Below, one piece after another: positions 9,304 to 18,385 of a DNA stretch of 64,000 nt. The DNA lies in IMG/VR virus record IMGVR_UViG_3300046689_000393, positions 5,720 through 69,719 of that record. One strand, 5' to 3'. Made by a program: the position numbers and the translations under genes. Positions within the stretch are counted from its first letter, which is position 1, and each line of letters opens with the position of its first letter. The notes beneath the pieces are model-generated. The model was not told the DNA's origin, did no database searches, and was given only the letters and a program-made list of their open reading frames with translations. The stretch comes from a virus.

Positions 9304-9506
9304 TGCCGGAAAGAAAGTGACATGTGGCTGTCAGTGTGCGCCTCGGCCAGGATTTCCCCATAGCGCTCGCAGATTCGAAAGGTCCACAGGGCGAGCCAAG
9401 TGGGATTGTTCGATTGCTGCCGGAGGAAGAAACTTGCGTCCTCCAGGGTTTTGAAGCCAAGTGTTAAGCCTTGGCTGTCGTGGCTAATCCAAAGTAGTTT
9501 ACTCAT
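9300..9506 (-). CDS. Hypothetical protein
   Basis: Probable start MSKLLWISH, ATGA-coupled at both ends. Confidence 0.55.
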   Translation of the reverse strand: MSKLLWISHDSQGLTLGFKTLEDASFFLRQQSNNPTWLALWTFRICERYGEILAEAHTDSHMSLSFRQ

Positions 9507-9709
9507 AACCATATTTTGCCGTCGTGAACCTGGGTGCAGCGGTAGCTGTTCTTGTCGCACCAGCGGGTGATTTTGTCCAGCAGACCGGGAAACTCGGCGC
9601 TAAGCACCGTGAGAATTTTCCCGTTCAGCGTCAGCGCTACCCCGGAGCTAATCCAGAGGACCCGAACATCGTCCCGGAGGAAGTCTTTATTAATCTCTTC
9701 GATTGTCAT
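9503..9709 (-). CDS. Hypothetical protein
   Basis: Start MTIEEINK lies 6 nt after the -10 of class-1 copy 3. Confidence 0.7.
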   Translation of the reverse strand: MTIEEINKDFLRDDVRVLWISSGVALTLNGKILTVLSAEFPGLLDKITRWCDKNSYRCTQVHDGKIWL

Positions 9710-9715
9710 GCCCAT

Positions 9716-9754
9716 AGCATAGCACACCCGCGCTACACTATGTCACACTATCTT
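9716..9754 (-). promoter_or_regulatory. Class-1 repeated promoter-like element, copy 3
   Basis: AAGATAGTGTGACA-N15-GTGC-TATGCT-N6-ATG. Confidence 0.75.
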
Positions 9755-10036
9755 CGACAAATAATACTCCGCGTCTTCGGCAGTGTGAAAGCGCAGCGGG
9801 TAAGGAATGCGCCGGTAAGCCTCTGGCTGACTTCCTTTTTGATACAGCAGTCCGATTTCGTAAGGTGCATCCCGATATTCAGGATTCAGCACCCACTGTT
9901 TCCCAAAAGGCATCACCGGCGGAATCGGCCCTCTATGCTTCGCGAGCAATTTAGGAGAGCCCGGCCCCATTGGCGGCACGAAGATAGCAGCAGCGGCAGC
10001 TAAGGCAGCAGTGCGGAAGAAATTACGCCTGTTCAT
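9743..10036 (-). CDS. Hypothetical protein with twin-arginine-like N-terminus
   Basis: MNRRNFFRTAALAAAAAIF. Confidence 0.65.
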   Translation of the reverse strand: MNRRNFFRTAALAAAAAIFVPPMGPGSPKLLAKHRGPIPPVMPFGKQWVLNPEYRDAPYEIGLLYQKGSQPEAYRRIPYPLRFHTAEDAEYYLSKIV

Positions 10037-10214
10037 CTTTCTCTATTTTCGCTCGCCTTAAAAATTCCTTGTGCAAGCTGCCGTTTTCAAGAAGCACAAT
10101 AGTAGGCACTGACAGAGGCGACAACTGAGCGGCGAGCCACGCCCAGGTCTTCGGGTAATTCCGGCAGGCCCTCTGATGAATGTAGACTCTCGGGATTGGA
10201 CTGAAGTGGGTCAC
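10023..10214 (-). CDS. Hypothetical protein
   Basis: ORF in operon orientation. Confidence 0.45.
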   Translation of the reverse strand: MTHFSPIPRVYIHQRACRNYPKTWAWLAAQLSPLSVPTIVLLENGSLHKEFLRRAKIEKDEQA

Positions 10215-10216
10215 AA

Positions 10217-10441
10217 TCAGTTGTTGCTGATTATTGAGTAGTTCCGGATGGTCGTCGCTTGCAGTTCCATAATCTGCGACTGCACTTTGATGAAAGACTC
10301 CTGCTCCCTACAGCGAGCAAGAGCGCGTTGCCACTCGATGAAGGTGATTTTGTAGGCGCGCTTCCAATCTTTGAGTTGCTCCCAGGGCGTGCGAGAATAC
10401 AGCCGGTCCGCCCATTCGCCGATTCGATTCAGTAGGTTCAT
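10217..10441 (-). CDS. Hypothetical protein
   Basis: Probable start MNLLNRIG at 10441. Confidence 0.55.
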   Translation of the reverse strand: MNLLNRIGEWADRLYSRTPWEQLKDWKRAYKITFIEWQRALARCREQESFIKVQSQIMELQATTIRNYSIISNN

Positions 10442-10529
10442 TAGTCGATATGCCCGAGCATCCAGTTGACAAACACCATCGCAGCGATGACGAAAAACAT
10501 CAGGCCCATTTGAATGCACTGCTCTCTAC

Positions 10530-10880
10530 TCATTCCACAGTCCAGTCTGAACAAAGACAAAACTCGACTCTGCCCCGCGTGCCGTCCTTGAGAATCATGT
10601 GCCCATAGACCCAGGGATTTTTCTCCGCCATCCACTCCGCGTCAATGTCGCCCCAGCAAAAGTCTACGTCTACTCTCGTGATTTCATAGACTTTGCCGTG
10701 GTATGTCACACGCTCGCCCGGCTTCACTTTGTGATACAGGAACGCGAGCCTCTCCAAAATGCGGCTGCGGTCGTTCCGCAGTGGCGTCATCTGGCGCGCA
10801 TGGTTCGCTATCTCGTCGGCGATTAGCTCGTCGTATCTCGCCAATTCGGCGTGCAGTTCTTTAGCGTCGTTCATCGGCAC
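10530..10880 (-). CDS. Hypothetical protein
   Basis: 116-aa ORF. Confidence 0.65.
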   Translation of the reverse strand: MPMNDAKELHAELARYDELIADEIANHARQMTPLRNDRSRILERLAFLYHKVKPGERVTYHGKVYEITRVDVDFCWGDIDAEWMAEKNPWVYGHMILKDGTRGRVEFCLCSDWTVE

Positions 10881-10939
10881 AATTTACCACAAAAATGTTG
10901 TTATTGGTGCAGCCGGAATAACTGCACTCAAAAGTGTAT

Positions 10940-11356
10940 TCAGTTGTCCCCTTTGCCGCAGCGGCCACCGCAACAAGTTTTGCTTTGCGGCGGCATAGGG
11001 GGCAGTTCGCTTTCACCTGTGACGCTGGCACTATCAGTTGCAAGCGCCCAGGCGGGAGGCTCGAAGAGGGGTTGATTGGTTCGGCGGGCAATGTGCTCGC
11101 TTGGCGTTTTTGATTCATACGTTTTTATTTCTCCCGTGTCCATATTTTCCACTGCGACCCCTGCCGGAGCCCCGGCCCCATATCTTTTGCGCAGCCGTCC
11201 GGCGCTGACTCTTTCGAATCCTTCCGATGCGTCCGAAAAGAATCGGGCTTTGCCGCTGACTCGCCAGTCGATTTCGTCATAGTGGTCTCTCCACTTGGGG
11301 CTGCGGTCTCCGTCGCCTTTTCCGGCTCCGGTGTTGTGCGATGAGAGTTCATTCAT
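10940..11356 (-). CDS. Hypothetical protein
   Basis: Probable start MNELSS; GKGD..R....YDEIDW phage-type motif. Confidence 0.6.
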   Translation of the reverse strand: MNELSSHNTGAGKGDGDRSPKWRDHYDEIDWRVSGKARFFSDASEGFERVSAGRLRKRYGAGAPAGVAVENMDTGEIKTYESKTPSEHIARRTNQPLFEPPAWALATDSASVTGESELPPMPPQSKTCCGGRCGKGDN

Positions 11357-11729
11357 GACAGTGTTTGATAATGTTGCTCGGCTCTGCTTCGGGAGTGGGT
11401 TCAGCAGCAGGTTTCGAGTTGTCTTCGCTCTTCGCTTGAGCAGCAGCACGCGCGGCCTGGGTGCGCTGGATTACCCCAGTAGCACGAGACAGCAGAGCAG
11501 CGAACGCGCCGACCAGGGGCTCGTATTCGTGATGCACTGCAAACCAGGAGGCGAGCAGTTCATCAGCATGCTCCACAAGGATACGCTGGAGAAAAGCAAG
11601 GTTGCCTTTCTGCTCCGCCTCGTGCTTCGGGCTGATGATTTTCGTGGTGCCGATTTCTTTCAGCGCGTGGATTGCTCCGCCGATTTGCTGCGCTTCGTCA
11701 TCTGTCAGTGGGACTCGTTGATTATTCAT
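11349..11729 (-). CDS. Hypothetical protein
   Basis: Probable start MNNQRVP. Confidence 0.6.
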   Translation of the reverse strand: MNNQRVPLTDDEAQQIGGAIHALKEIGTTKIISPKHEAEQKGNLAFLQRILVEHADELLASWFAVHHEYEPLVGAFAALLSRATGVIQRTQAARAAAQAKSEDNSKPAAEPTPEAEPSNIIKHCHE

Positions 11730-12144
11730 GTGAGTGATTACCGTTTTCTTTTTGTTTGCTGTTGTCACCGAATACATCGAACTGCACCCGGCATAAAGCT
11801 GTAAAAATCTCGTGGGTTTCCTCCGGCGAAAAGTGCCAGCGGTAGCCGTTGTTATCGGCTCGAAAACTCATCCAGCCGTTTGACTTGACGCGGCACTCGC
11901 AACACTGAAGTTTCAGTTTGGTTTCCACCACTTCGGGCACATTCACCAAGTCCAATCCATCCTCGCGGTCTTCTCCGACAAATCGCCCGCTCGCAAGATA
12001 GGAAAACGCGTATTCTCTATCGGACTCCAGGACGATTGCCAGGATTGTGTAGCCGTTGCCCACCTTATAGTCAGTGTCCACGATGCGCGCTGGCTTTCCG
12101 CTTCGCGTCTGCACTGGTTTCGAAACATCAAAATTACGATTCAT
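11722..12144 (-). CDS. Hypothetical protein
   Basis: Probable start MNRNFD; KPVQTRSGKPARIV..DL phage-type motif. Confidence 0.65.
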   Translation of the reverse strand: MNRNFDVSKPVQTRSGKPARIVDTDYKVGNGYTILAIVLESDREYAFSYLASGRFVGEDREDGLDLVNVPEVVETKLKLQCCECRVKSNGWMSFRADNNGYRWHFSPEETHEIFTALCRVQFDVFGDNSKQKENGNHSHE

Positions 12145-12925
12145 ACTTAGACAAGCTTCGCACTTCTCCCTCCGGGATGCAGCACGTATTTTGTGGCGGC
12201 GGGTATGTGATACCACTGCCGGACCACACGCCAAGCATCGGCGGGTTTGCCAGCTTCTCCAATATGGTGCTCACAGCCATAATCAACACCGAGTTGTCCT
12301 TCTGAATTCCCATCACCACCTGTTGCAGACCATCGAGGCGATTCTCCAAGGTGTTCAACACCCGACCTTGCGTCTTCACTATTTCGGATAATTGAATGTT
12401 GATGGACTGAAGCTCTGCGCGGGTCTGCTGCTTGCGCTCTTTGTTGCTCGACTTAATTTCAGTCAGCTTGATTAGTCCGGCGCTGAGCATGAAGCGCTCA
12501 ATGTCATTGAGCAGCGCCACGATTTTCGTTTCGTTCTTCAGGTCAATCTCTGCGCGCGCGGGCGACAGATTCAACTCGTCAGCACGGGGCGGGCGACGGT
12601 CTCTCATTTTGTAGGGCCAGAATTTAACCCGGCACATATCAGCAAAGCGGGCAGCCTTGCAGCGATTCTCCCAACTCGCCCCAATGACTACGCCCAGGTT
12701 TCGATTGCGACCCAGGAAACTCATGCGGATGCATATCGAAGCGCCCTCAGAGCCGGGCAAGAGGGTAATGTTTTTCTGCGGCCTCATTGCGTTGGCCTTC
12801 AGTTGCGCGTTTTCCTCTTCCGTTAAGGGAGAGGCGAATTCGATGGACTGCAAGGTGCGGGCCATCGCGAGGAGTGTAGGGTGCGAGGCCGGGCGGCCTT
12901 TCGTCGCTGTTTCGTTTTCGTTCAT
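12134..12925 (-). CDS. Hypothetical protein, first gene of the leftward arm
   Basis: 263-aa ORF; ATG 9 nt after a GAGACTA element. Confidence 0.75.
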   Translation of the reverse strand: MNENETATKGRPASHPTLLAMARTLQSIEFASPLTEEENAQLKANAMRPQKNITLLPGSEGASICIRMSFLGRNRNLGVVIGASWENRCKAARFADMCRVKFWPYKMRDRRPPRADELNLSPARAEIDLKNETKIVALLNDIERFMLSAGLIKLTEIKSSNKERKQQTRAELQSINIQLSEIVKTQGRVLNTLENRLDGLQQVVMGIQKDNSVLIMAVSTILEKLANPPMLGVWSGSGITYPPPQNTCCIPEGEVRSLSKYES

Positions 12926-12934
12926 TCACCCATA

Positions 12935-12962
12935 TAGTCTCGGGTTTGCTTTAAATTGTCAA
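12935..12962 (-). promoter_or_regulatory. Class-2 promoter-like motif
   Basis: TTGACA-N15-GAGACTA-N9-ATG. Confidence 0.75.
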
Positions 12963-13196
12963 CCTGCATTATGACGATTCTTTTAGCAGGTCACAGCCGA
13001 GAATTCCCACAGACCCCTTTCTATATAGGGCTGCATCTATTGGTTATTATTTACAATTATATAGATATATGCATGGTTTTTTAAAAAGTCTCTATTACGA
13101 TATTTCACTTGTGATGTGCTATGTGGTCCTCTGTAATGTAGACAGTCTATTAAATCGGCGATTCGGCGGGCAAGGCCCGAATTATTATTTTCGTGG
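12963..13196. other. AT-rich non-coding region between divergent arms (possible origin or control region)
   Basis: Visibly AT-rich against a GC-rich genome; flanked by outward-facing class-2 motifs. Confidence 0.5.
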
Positions 13197-13224
13197 TTGA
13201 CAAGTGCGGCCCAGGTCGAGACTC
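13197..13224 (+). promoter_or_regulatory. Class-2 promoter-like motif
   Basis: TTGACA-N15-GAGACTC-N8-ATG. Confidence 0.7.
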
Positions 13225-13232
13225 TTTTTACG

Positions 13233-13481
13233 ATGAAAGTAAATCGAAGCGCCGGTGAGTGGCTGAACCTGCTGTATGGCTGGCTCGACATTCTGGAGGC
13301 GCAGCGCAAACGACTGCCGCGAGGCACGACTGAATACCTGGACATTGTCCGCGAAAAGGGCGTCGTGCTCTTCGACATTGACCGGCTTACCCGGCACCCC
13401 AGCGTTAAGAACAGCAAACCCACCACGGCAGGCGTATCATCGTGGGTTGCACAATACAAGGTTCCCTGTGGCAATTCCTAA
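13233..13481 (+). CDS. Hypothetical protein
   Basis: ATG (MKVNRS) directly after the class-2 motif. Confidence 0.65.
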   Translation: MKVNRSAGEWLNLLYGWLDILEAQRKRLPRGTTEYLDIVREKGVVLFDIDRLTRHPSVKNSKPTTAGVSSWVAQYKVPCGNS

Positions 13482-13621
13482 TCAAGCGCGGCTGAAGATG
13501 ACTAAGCGCCTGTTCAAAGGCACGAGCGGCGAAGTCCAAAAGCTGGCAAGGCTGGCGCACAAGGAAATGCGGCTCGCTGAGCGTTCCAAATACTGGCAAG
13601 CACACCCCGAAAAACACCCCA

Positions 13622-13849
13622 ATGAATAAAGCAATACACAAACGCTGCCCCAAGTGCGGCAAGTTCGCAGTCCGCAAAGAGATACGCCAATGCGGTGAGT
13701 GCAAGGCAGAGCTATTCTTTCCAGGCGACCAACCGTTTAAACAAGCGGTCTCCAATGTGGTGCCGTGGTTTATGTTTCTCGTGGGCGGGCCACGCGGGAC
13801 GGGATGGTATCGAAAGGCTTCAATCGTTTTGCTTTATGGCAACTCCTGA
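13622..13849 (+). CDS. Small zinc-ribbon protein
   Basis: CPKC...CGEC. Confidence 0.6.
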   Translation: MNKAIHKRCPKCGKFAVRKEIRQCGECKAELFFPGDQPFKQAVSNVVPWFMFLVGGPRGTGWYRKASIVLLYGNS

Positions 13850-14519
13850 ACTATTGCCCGGCGACAGCGAGCGCGTCGCAGTGGCTAAAGAGAAGCTCAC
13901 GCTTGCACTGCGTGCTGTTGACGCCGGTGACGTGCCAGCCAATTTCGATTTGAAGAATGCTTTTCTGGTGTATGCCAGTGTGAGCGGCGACGCGGACAAG
14001 GCAGCGATGGCGCTGGACATTTCACGCGTGGCAATCGAGCGCCTCATAATTGAGGAAGGATGGGACGCACGCATCGAAGGACTAATCCGATTGCGCAAGA
14101 GCGGCAACGGACGGCTTGTCGAGAAGGGTTTAAATCGTGCGCTGAACTTCACCCAGGCGCAACGCTTCCGCATGGTCCTTGAGAGGCTGATGCGCAGGCT
14201 CAGCGAAATGACTGACGATGAACTGATGGAGTATTCGTTTCAGACTGAGACCAGCACACACAAAGACGGAACGGTTGACGAGACCAAGCGCTTCAATGCC
14301 CGGCCATTCGCGGACCTTGCGAGCGCGATGGAGAAGTGCCACAGCCTTTCTTACATGGCGCTATGCGATACGTCCGGCGAGCGCAAGAAGCGCGAGGACG
14401 AGCACGCCGGGCCAACGGAGGCAGAGATACACAGCACCATCGCCGGAGCCATCGCCAAGATGAATACCCCAGCAGCCGGGCCGACCGGCACCGCAGTCGA
14501 TACGTTATCGTTAAAGTAA
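13836..14519 (+). CDS. Putative terminase small subunit
   Basis: HTH-like GDADKAAMALDISRVAIERL..EEGW plus helical region; upstream of TerL; inferred from architecture only. Confidence 0.5.
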   Translation: MATPELLPGDSERVAVAKEKLTLALRAVDAGDVPANFDLKNAFLVYASVSGDADKAAMALDISRVAIERLIIEEGWDARIEGLIRLRKSGNGRLVEKGLNRALNFTQAQRFRMVLERLMRRLSEMTDDELMEYSFQTETSTHKDGTVDETKRFNARPFADLASAMEKCHSLSYMALCDTSGERKKREDEHAGPTEAEIHSTIAGAIAKMNTPAAGPTGTAVDTLSLK

Positions 14520-14815
14520 ACGGTATCGTTAAAGCTCATGACTAAGCGAATATCCCGACCTAGCGCCTCAGTCGCAGCAGATAACGATAACGTTATCGTT
14601 AAAGTTAGCAGGCTTCGCGGCGTCGTGCTAAAGCACGGCGGCGACCAGGGCGGCGAGGGCCTGGACCAGCGGCGCGCGGCTATCCTGGGCCAGAAAATCG
14701 CGGCCAGAACCCTCTGGGGGTGTCAAGGCCCATTAGGGCCGCTTGAAGGTAATCCCGAGCGAATTAGAAAATCTCATGGAAAAATAAGTGTCCAGAATTT
14801 AGACAGTCGTTAAAG
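14502..14815. repeat. TCGTTAAAG direct repeats plus a perfect 20-bp palindrome
   Basis: ACGTTATCGTTAAAGT at 14502 and 14590, variant at 14520, core at 14807; TAACGATAACGTTATCGTTA at 14582-14601. Confidence 0.85.
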
Positions 14816-14853
14816 CGCTGCAATTCGGGATAAATTATGCGAGGCTCTGGAAA

Positions 14854-15612
14854 ATGCTAAAAGACGACCTGCTAAATCTCAAATGGGCGATACGGCGAGT
14901 TGCGGCCCGCATAAAGTATCAGGCCCGGCTTGCGGCGCTTCGAGAGGCAAACCAGTTAATCAGAGAACGGCGGGTCCGGGAAACTGGCACCGCCCTTTCC
15001 CCGGCGCATGTGGAGGCGCTTCGGCGCGCGGGAATAGCCCGGCGGAAGTTCACCCCGGAACAGGCAGCGGAACGGGCGAAAGCAAAGAGCCGTCGCACTG
15101 CCCTAGCCGCATATCATAAGAGGGCGGAGGAGATAAACGCTAAGCGGCGAGCAGACGGGACGAAACACGGCTTAGAGGCAGCTTACCGGCGGGCAATCAA
15201 AAAGCAAACCACCCGGCAGCGGCAGGAGCTTGCCCGGCTGCACGGCGCAGCGCTCAACGTCGTCTCGGCGTTTAACTCCAGAGTCGAGCAGAAACTAAAG
15301 CGCGCACTTCGCCGCCGGTTCGAGAACGCGGTCCGCACTGCGAAAAACAAATCGGCCTGGATTCGGGAGCACACTGGCATAGAACTTGCTGGTCTTCGCC
15401 TTCACCTGGAGGCACAATTCCGGCCCGGCATGACCTGGGCCAACCACGCATTTGACGGATGGCATATTGACCACAGGAAACCCCTGGCCGCTTTTGACTT
15501 AACCTGCGAAGCGGAACGGCGTCAAGCATTTCACTACACAAACCTGCAACCGCTTTGGGCCGAAGAAAACTTTGCCAAGCGGGACAAAGCGCTGCACTCC
15601 GGTCTCCCGTAA
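14854..15612 (+). CDS. HNH endonuclease (WHIDH..FDLT..HYTNLQPLW type)
   Basis: HLEAQFRPGMTWAN..WHIDHRKPLAAFDLT..FHYTNLQPLWAEEN. Confidence 0.9.
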   Translation: MLKDDLLNLKWAIRRVAARIKYQARLAALREANQLIRERRVRETGTALSPAHVEALRRAGIARRKFTPEQAAERAKAKSRRTALAAYHKRAEEINAKRRADGTKHGLEAAYRRAIKKQTTRQRQELARLHGAALNVVSAFNSRVEQKLKRALRRRFENAVRTAKNKSAWIREHTGIELAGLRLHLEAQFRPGMTWANHAFDGWHIDHRKPLAAFDLTCEAERRQAFHYTNLQPLWAEENFAKRDKALHSGLP

Positions 15613-15977
15613 GGTAAGCTTCACCATGAGAAATAAAGAATTGGAACTGGACCGGCATTTAGCCCCTGGCTTCGTAACCCCGGCGAGGCTGTGGCGTTCA
15701 GGCCACAAGCGACTGGCCTTCAGACTCGCAGCCCCTTATAATTCCGTGTCGCTGCTTGCAAGGGATATTTACAAGGAAGGCGTCCGGCGGCAACTAAGCG
15801 CTGCATGGGTGCCGCGCCGTGTGTTAAGCTGACGTATGACAAAGCAACGCAAGCGCCAGACTGTTCCAAGTGGAACAGAAAAAAAATTGGTGGGACGAAG
15901 AGTGGTTTCTCGAATGGCTGCGACTCGCAAGACACCAGCAATGAAAAAATTCACCGGATGCCAGGGAGAAACGGCTT

Positions 15978-16226
15978 ATGACGCGTAAACTCCCCCGAGT
16001 AGTCGAGCGGCCTTTGCAGATGGGACAATTTACGCCCAATGCAAAAGGTCGTGACTTGATTGAACTGGACCCCAGCCTGACACCAAAGCAACACCTGGAC
16101 ACTTTGCTGCACGAATTGATTCACTGTTTCGCGCCTTTCATTGACGAGCCCTATGTCGAGGAAATCGCAACCGGCCTTGCGAAAGTTTTGTGGCGCGAAG
16201 GATACCGTCATGGAAAAAGAAAGTAA
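15978..16226 (+). CDS. Small HEXXH metallopeptidase-like protein
   Basis: DTLLHELIHC..DE..VE. Confidence 0.65.
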   Translation: MTRKLPRVVERPLQMGQFTPNAKGRDLIELDPSLTPKQHLDTLLHELIHCFAPFIDEPYVEEIATGLAKVLWREGYRHGKRK

Positions 16227-17139
16227 AATTTTCGTTACCGGTCACACGGGTCTCGTGGGCTCCGCGTTGCTGCGGGTGTTGTATGACCAGGGATACAAGA
16301 ACACGGTCACCTGCACTCGGAAGGAAGTAGACTTGACAGACCCGATTGCGGTCCGCTGGTTTTTCTCCGTCCACAGGCCGGAGTATGTTTTCGCGTGTGC
16401 GGCGCGTGTCGGCGGCATTAATGCCAACAATAGATTTCCGGCTGAGTTCATTGGGGAGAACTTGCGGATTGAAGACAACCTTCTCCGCTACGCTCACGCC
16501 TATGCTGTCCAGAAGCTTTTGTTTCTCGGCAGTGCGTGCATCTATCCCAGGGTTGCACCAAACCCGCTCAAGCCGGAATACCTTTTGACCGGGCCACTCG
16601 AACCGACTAACTCATCCTACGCGATGGCAAAATTAGCTGGCATAGAAATGTGTCAAGCTTACCGAAGACAATACGGAGATAACTTTATCTCCTGCATTCC
16701 CACAAACCTTTATGGACCCAAAGACCACTACTCGCTCGAAGACTCACACGTTATACCTGGAATGCTTCGCCGATTTCACGAGGCGAAAGAGCGAGGGGAC
16801 CACAGTGTCACTTTGTGGGGAGACGGCAGTCCGGTCAGAGAGTTTCTCTATTCGGAGGACTTGGCCAGAGGGCTCATTATCCTTATGCGTGGCTATTCAG
16901 GAGCGGAGCCGGTCAACATCGGGAACCCCGCGAACGTTTTCGAGCTACGCCATGTTGCAAACTTCATCGCCCAAACCGTAGGATACCACGGAGAAATTCG
17001 CTGGGATACCACGATGCCCAACGGGACGCCCGCTAGGTATCTGGACAACTCGGAAATTTTAGAGCTTGGCTGGAAACCGGAAATCAGTTTCACGGTTGGC
17101 CTTGCGTGTGCATACACGGACTTTATTTTTCGCCAATGA
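16210..17139 (+). CDS. fcl: GDP-L-fucose synthase
   Basis: GHTGLVGSA, AARVGGI.AN, FLGSACIYP, YAMAK, PTNLYGP, SHVIPG, WGDGSPVREFL. Confidence 0.97.
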   Translation: MEKESKIFVTGHTGLVGSALLRVLYDQGYKNTVTCTRKEVDLTDPIAVRWFFSVHRPEYVFACAARVGGINANNRFPAEFIGENLRIEDNLLRYAHAYAVQKLLFLGSACIYPRVAPNPLKPEYLLTGPLEPTNSSYAMAKLAGIEMCQAYRRQYGDNFISCIPTNLYGPKDHYSLEDSHVIPGMLRRFHEAKERGDHSVTLWGDGSPVREFLYSEDLARGLIILMRGYSGAEPVNIGNPANVFELRHVANFIAQTVGYHGEIRWDTTMPNGTPARYLDNSEILELGWKPEISFTVGLACAYTDFIFRQ

Positions 17140-18077
17140 AAAGAGCACTCATTATAGGAATCACCGGGCAGGACGGCGCGTATCTTGCGTCGCTACTCCT
17201 CTCCAAAGGCTACAAAGTTTTCGGCACCATGCGCCGGGCAAGCACACCGAACTTGTGGCGGCTTCAGAGATTGAACATTGAGGACGCGGTCACATTGATA
17301 TATGCTGACTTAGCCGATGCGAACTCTCTGGAGCGCGCCATCGACATTTCAGAACCGGACGAAGTTTATAACCTGGGCGCAATGTCCCATGTGAAAGTCT
17401 CTTTTGAAAACCCGGTCTACTGCGCCGACGTGACCGGCACCGGGGTAACGCGGCTGCTGGAAATGCTGAAGAACTCCGTCACCAGATTTTATCAAGCGAG
17501 CAGCAGTGAAATGTTCGGCTCGACGCCTCCCCCTCAGCATGAGCAGACGCCGTTTCACCCGCGCTCACCTTACGGGTGCGCTAAGGTCTTTGCCTACAAC
17601 TCGGTGGTGAATTACCGGGAGGCGTATGGGATGCACGCGAGCAACGGAATCCTTTTCAATCATGAATCTCCTCTCCGGGGAGAGAACTTTGTCACCCGGA
17701 AAATCACCAAAGCGATAGGCGCAATCCGGCGCGGAGAGCAAGACGAGTTGGAACTCGGCAATATTTACGCCCGGCGGGACTGGGGCTTCGCCGGTGACTA
17801 CGTGAAGGCTATGTGGCTGATGTTGCAGAAGGAATCGCCAACGGATTTTGTCGTCGCCACAGGGAAGCATTACTCCGTGCGGGAGTTCGCAGAGGCAGCG
17901 TTTAAACACGTTGGCCTGGACTGGAAAAAATATGTGGTGACAAACCCGGACCTGTGCAGGCCGACTGAAGTTGACGACCTGCTGGGGGACGCGACCAAAG
18001 CGGCGGTGCTGCTGGACTGGCGTCCCCAGGTGACCTTTGACGGGCTTGTCCGAATGATGGTGGACGCGGATTTGTAA
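17136..18077 (+). CDS. gmd: GDP-mannose 4,6-dehydratase
   Basis: GITGQDGAYL, YNLGAMSHV, YQASSSEMFG, PRSPYGCAK, NGILFNHESP.RG..FVTRKI. Confidence 0.98.
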   Translation: MKRALIIGITGQDGAYLASLLLSKGYKVFGTMRRASTPNLWRLQRLNIEDAVTLIYADLADANSLERAIDISEPDEVYNLGAMSHVKVSFENPVYCADVTGTGVTRLLEMLKNSVTRFYQASSSEMFGSTPPPQHEQTPFHPRSPYGCAKVFAYNSVVNYREAYGMHASNGILFNHESPLRGENFVTRKITKAIGAIRRGEQDELELGNIYARRDWGFAGDYVKAMWLMLQKESPTDFVVATGKHYSVREFAEAAFKHVGLDWKKYVVTNPDLCRPTEVDDLLGDATKAAVLLDWRPQVTFDGLVRMMVDADL

Positions 18078-18079
18078 GG

Positions 18080-18107
18080 TTGACTTATTAGTCTCTTCAA
18101 GAGACTA
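18080..18107 (+). promoter_or_regulatory. Class-2 promoter-like motif upstream of tRNA(CAT)
   Basis: TTGACT-N15-GAGACTA; includes inverted repeat TAGTCTC-TTCAA-GAGACTA. Confidence 0.7.
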
Positions 18108-18178
18108 TTGGAGGATGCCGTGGCGCTCACGTTATAAAAAAGCGCTGCAATTTTCAACACAGCAAACTAATCTATTGT

Positions 18179-18298
18179 ATGACTGAAGCTCCGAGCATAA
18201 TGCTCTTTTTGATTGTGGCCGCTGTCGCCTTCGCTGGCAAGGTGGTCCTGATTACTGGCGCGGTTTGGTTTCTGATGCGCCAGTCGAAACGGTTTTAA
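18179..18298 (+). CDS. Small membrane peptide (39 aa)
   Basis: Hand translation MTEAPSIMLFLIVAAVAFAGKVVLITGAVWFLMRQSKRF. Confidence 0.5.
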   Translation: MTEAPSIMLFLIVAAVAFAGKVVLITGAVWFLMRQSKRF

Positions 18299-18309
18299 TT
18301 CTTTGAATT

Positions 18310-18385
18310 TGCGGGGTATATCAAGGGTCAGATAGTCGCCCTCATAAGGCGAAGGTTGGTGGTTCGAGTCCTCCTCCCGCAACCA
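18310..18385 (+). tRNA. tRNA with CAT anticodon (Met; fMet-like acceptor stem)
   Basis: TGCGGGG/TCCCGCA acceptor, TATC/GATA D stem, TCGCC-CTCATAA-GGCGA, TTCGAGT loop, encoded CCA; 76 nt. Confidence 0.9.

Noticed and set aside
8491-9754. CRISPR-like or attC-like array
   Set aside because: The repeats are 570-660 bp apart, degenerate in the middle, not palindromic, and have promoter geometry.
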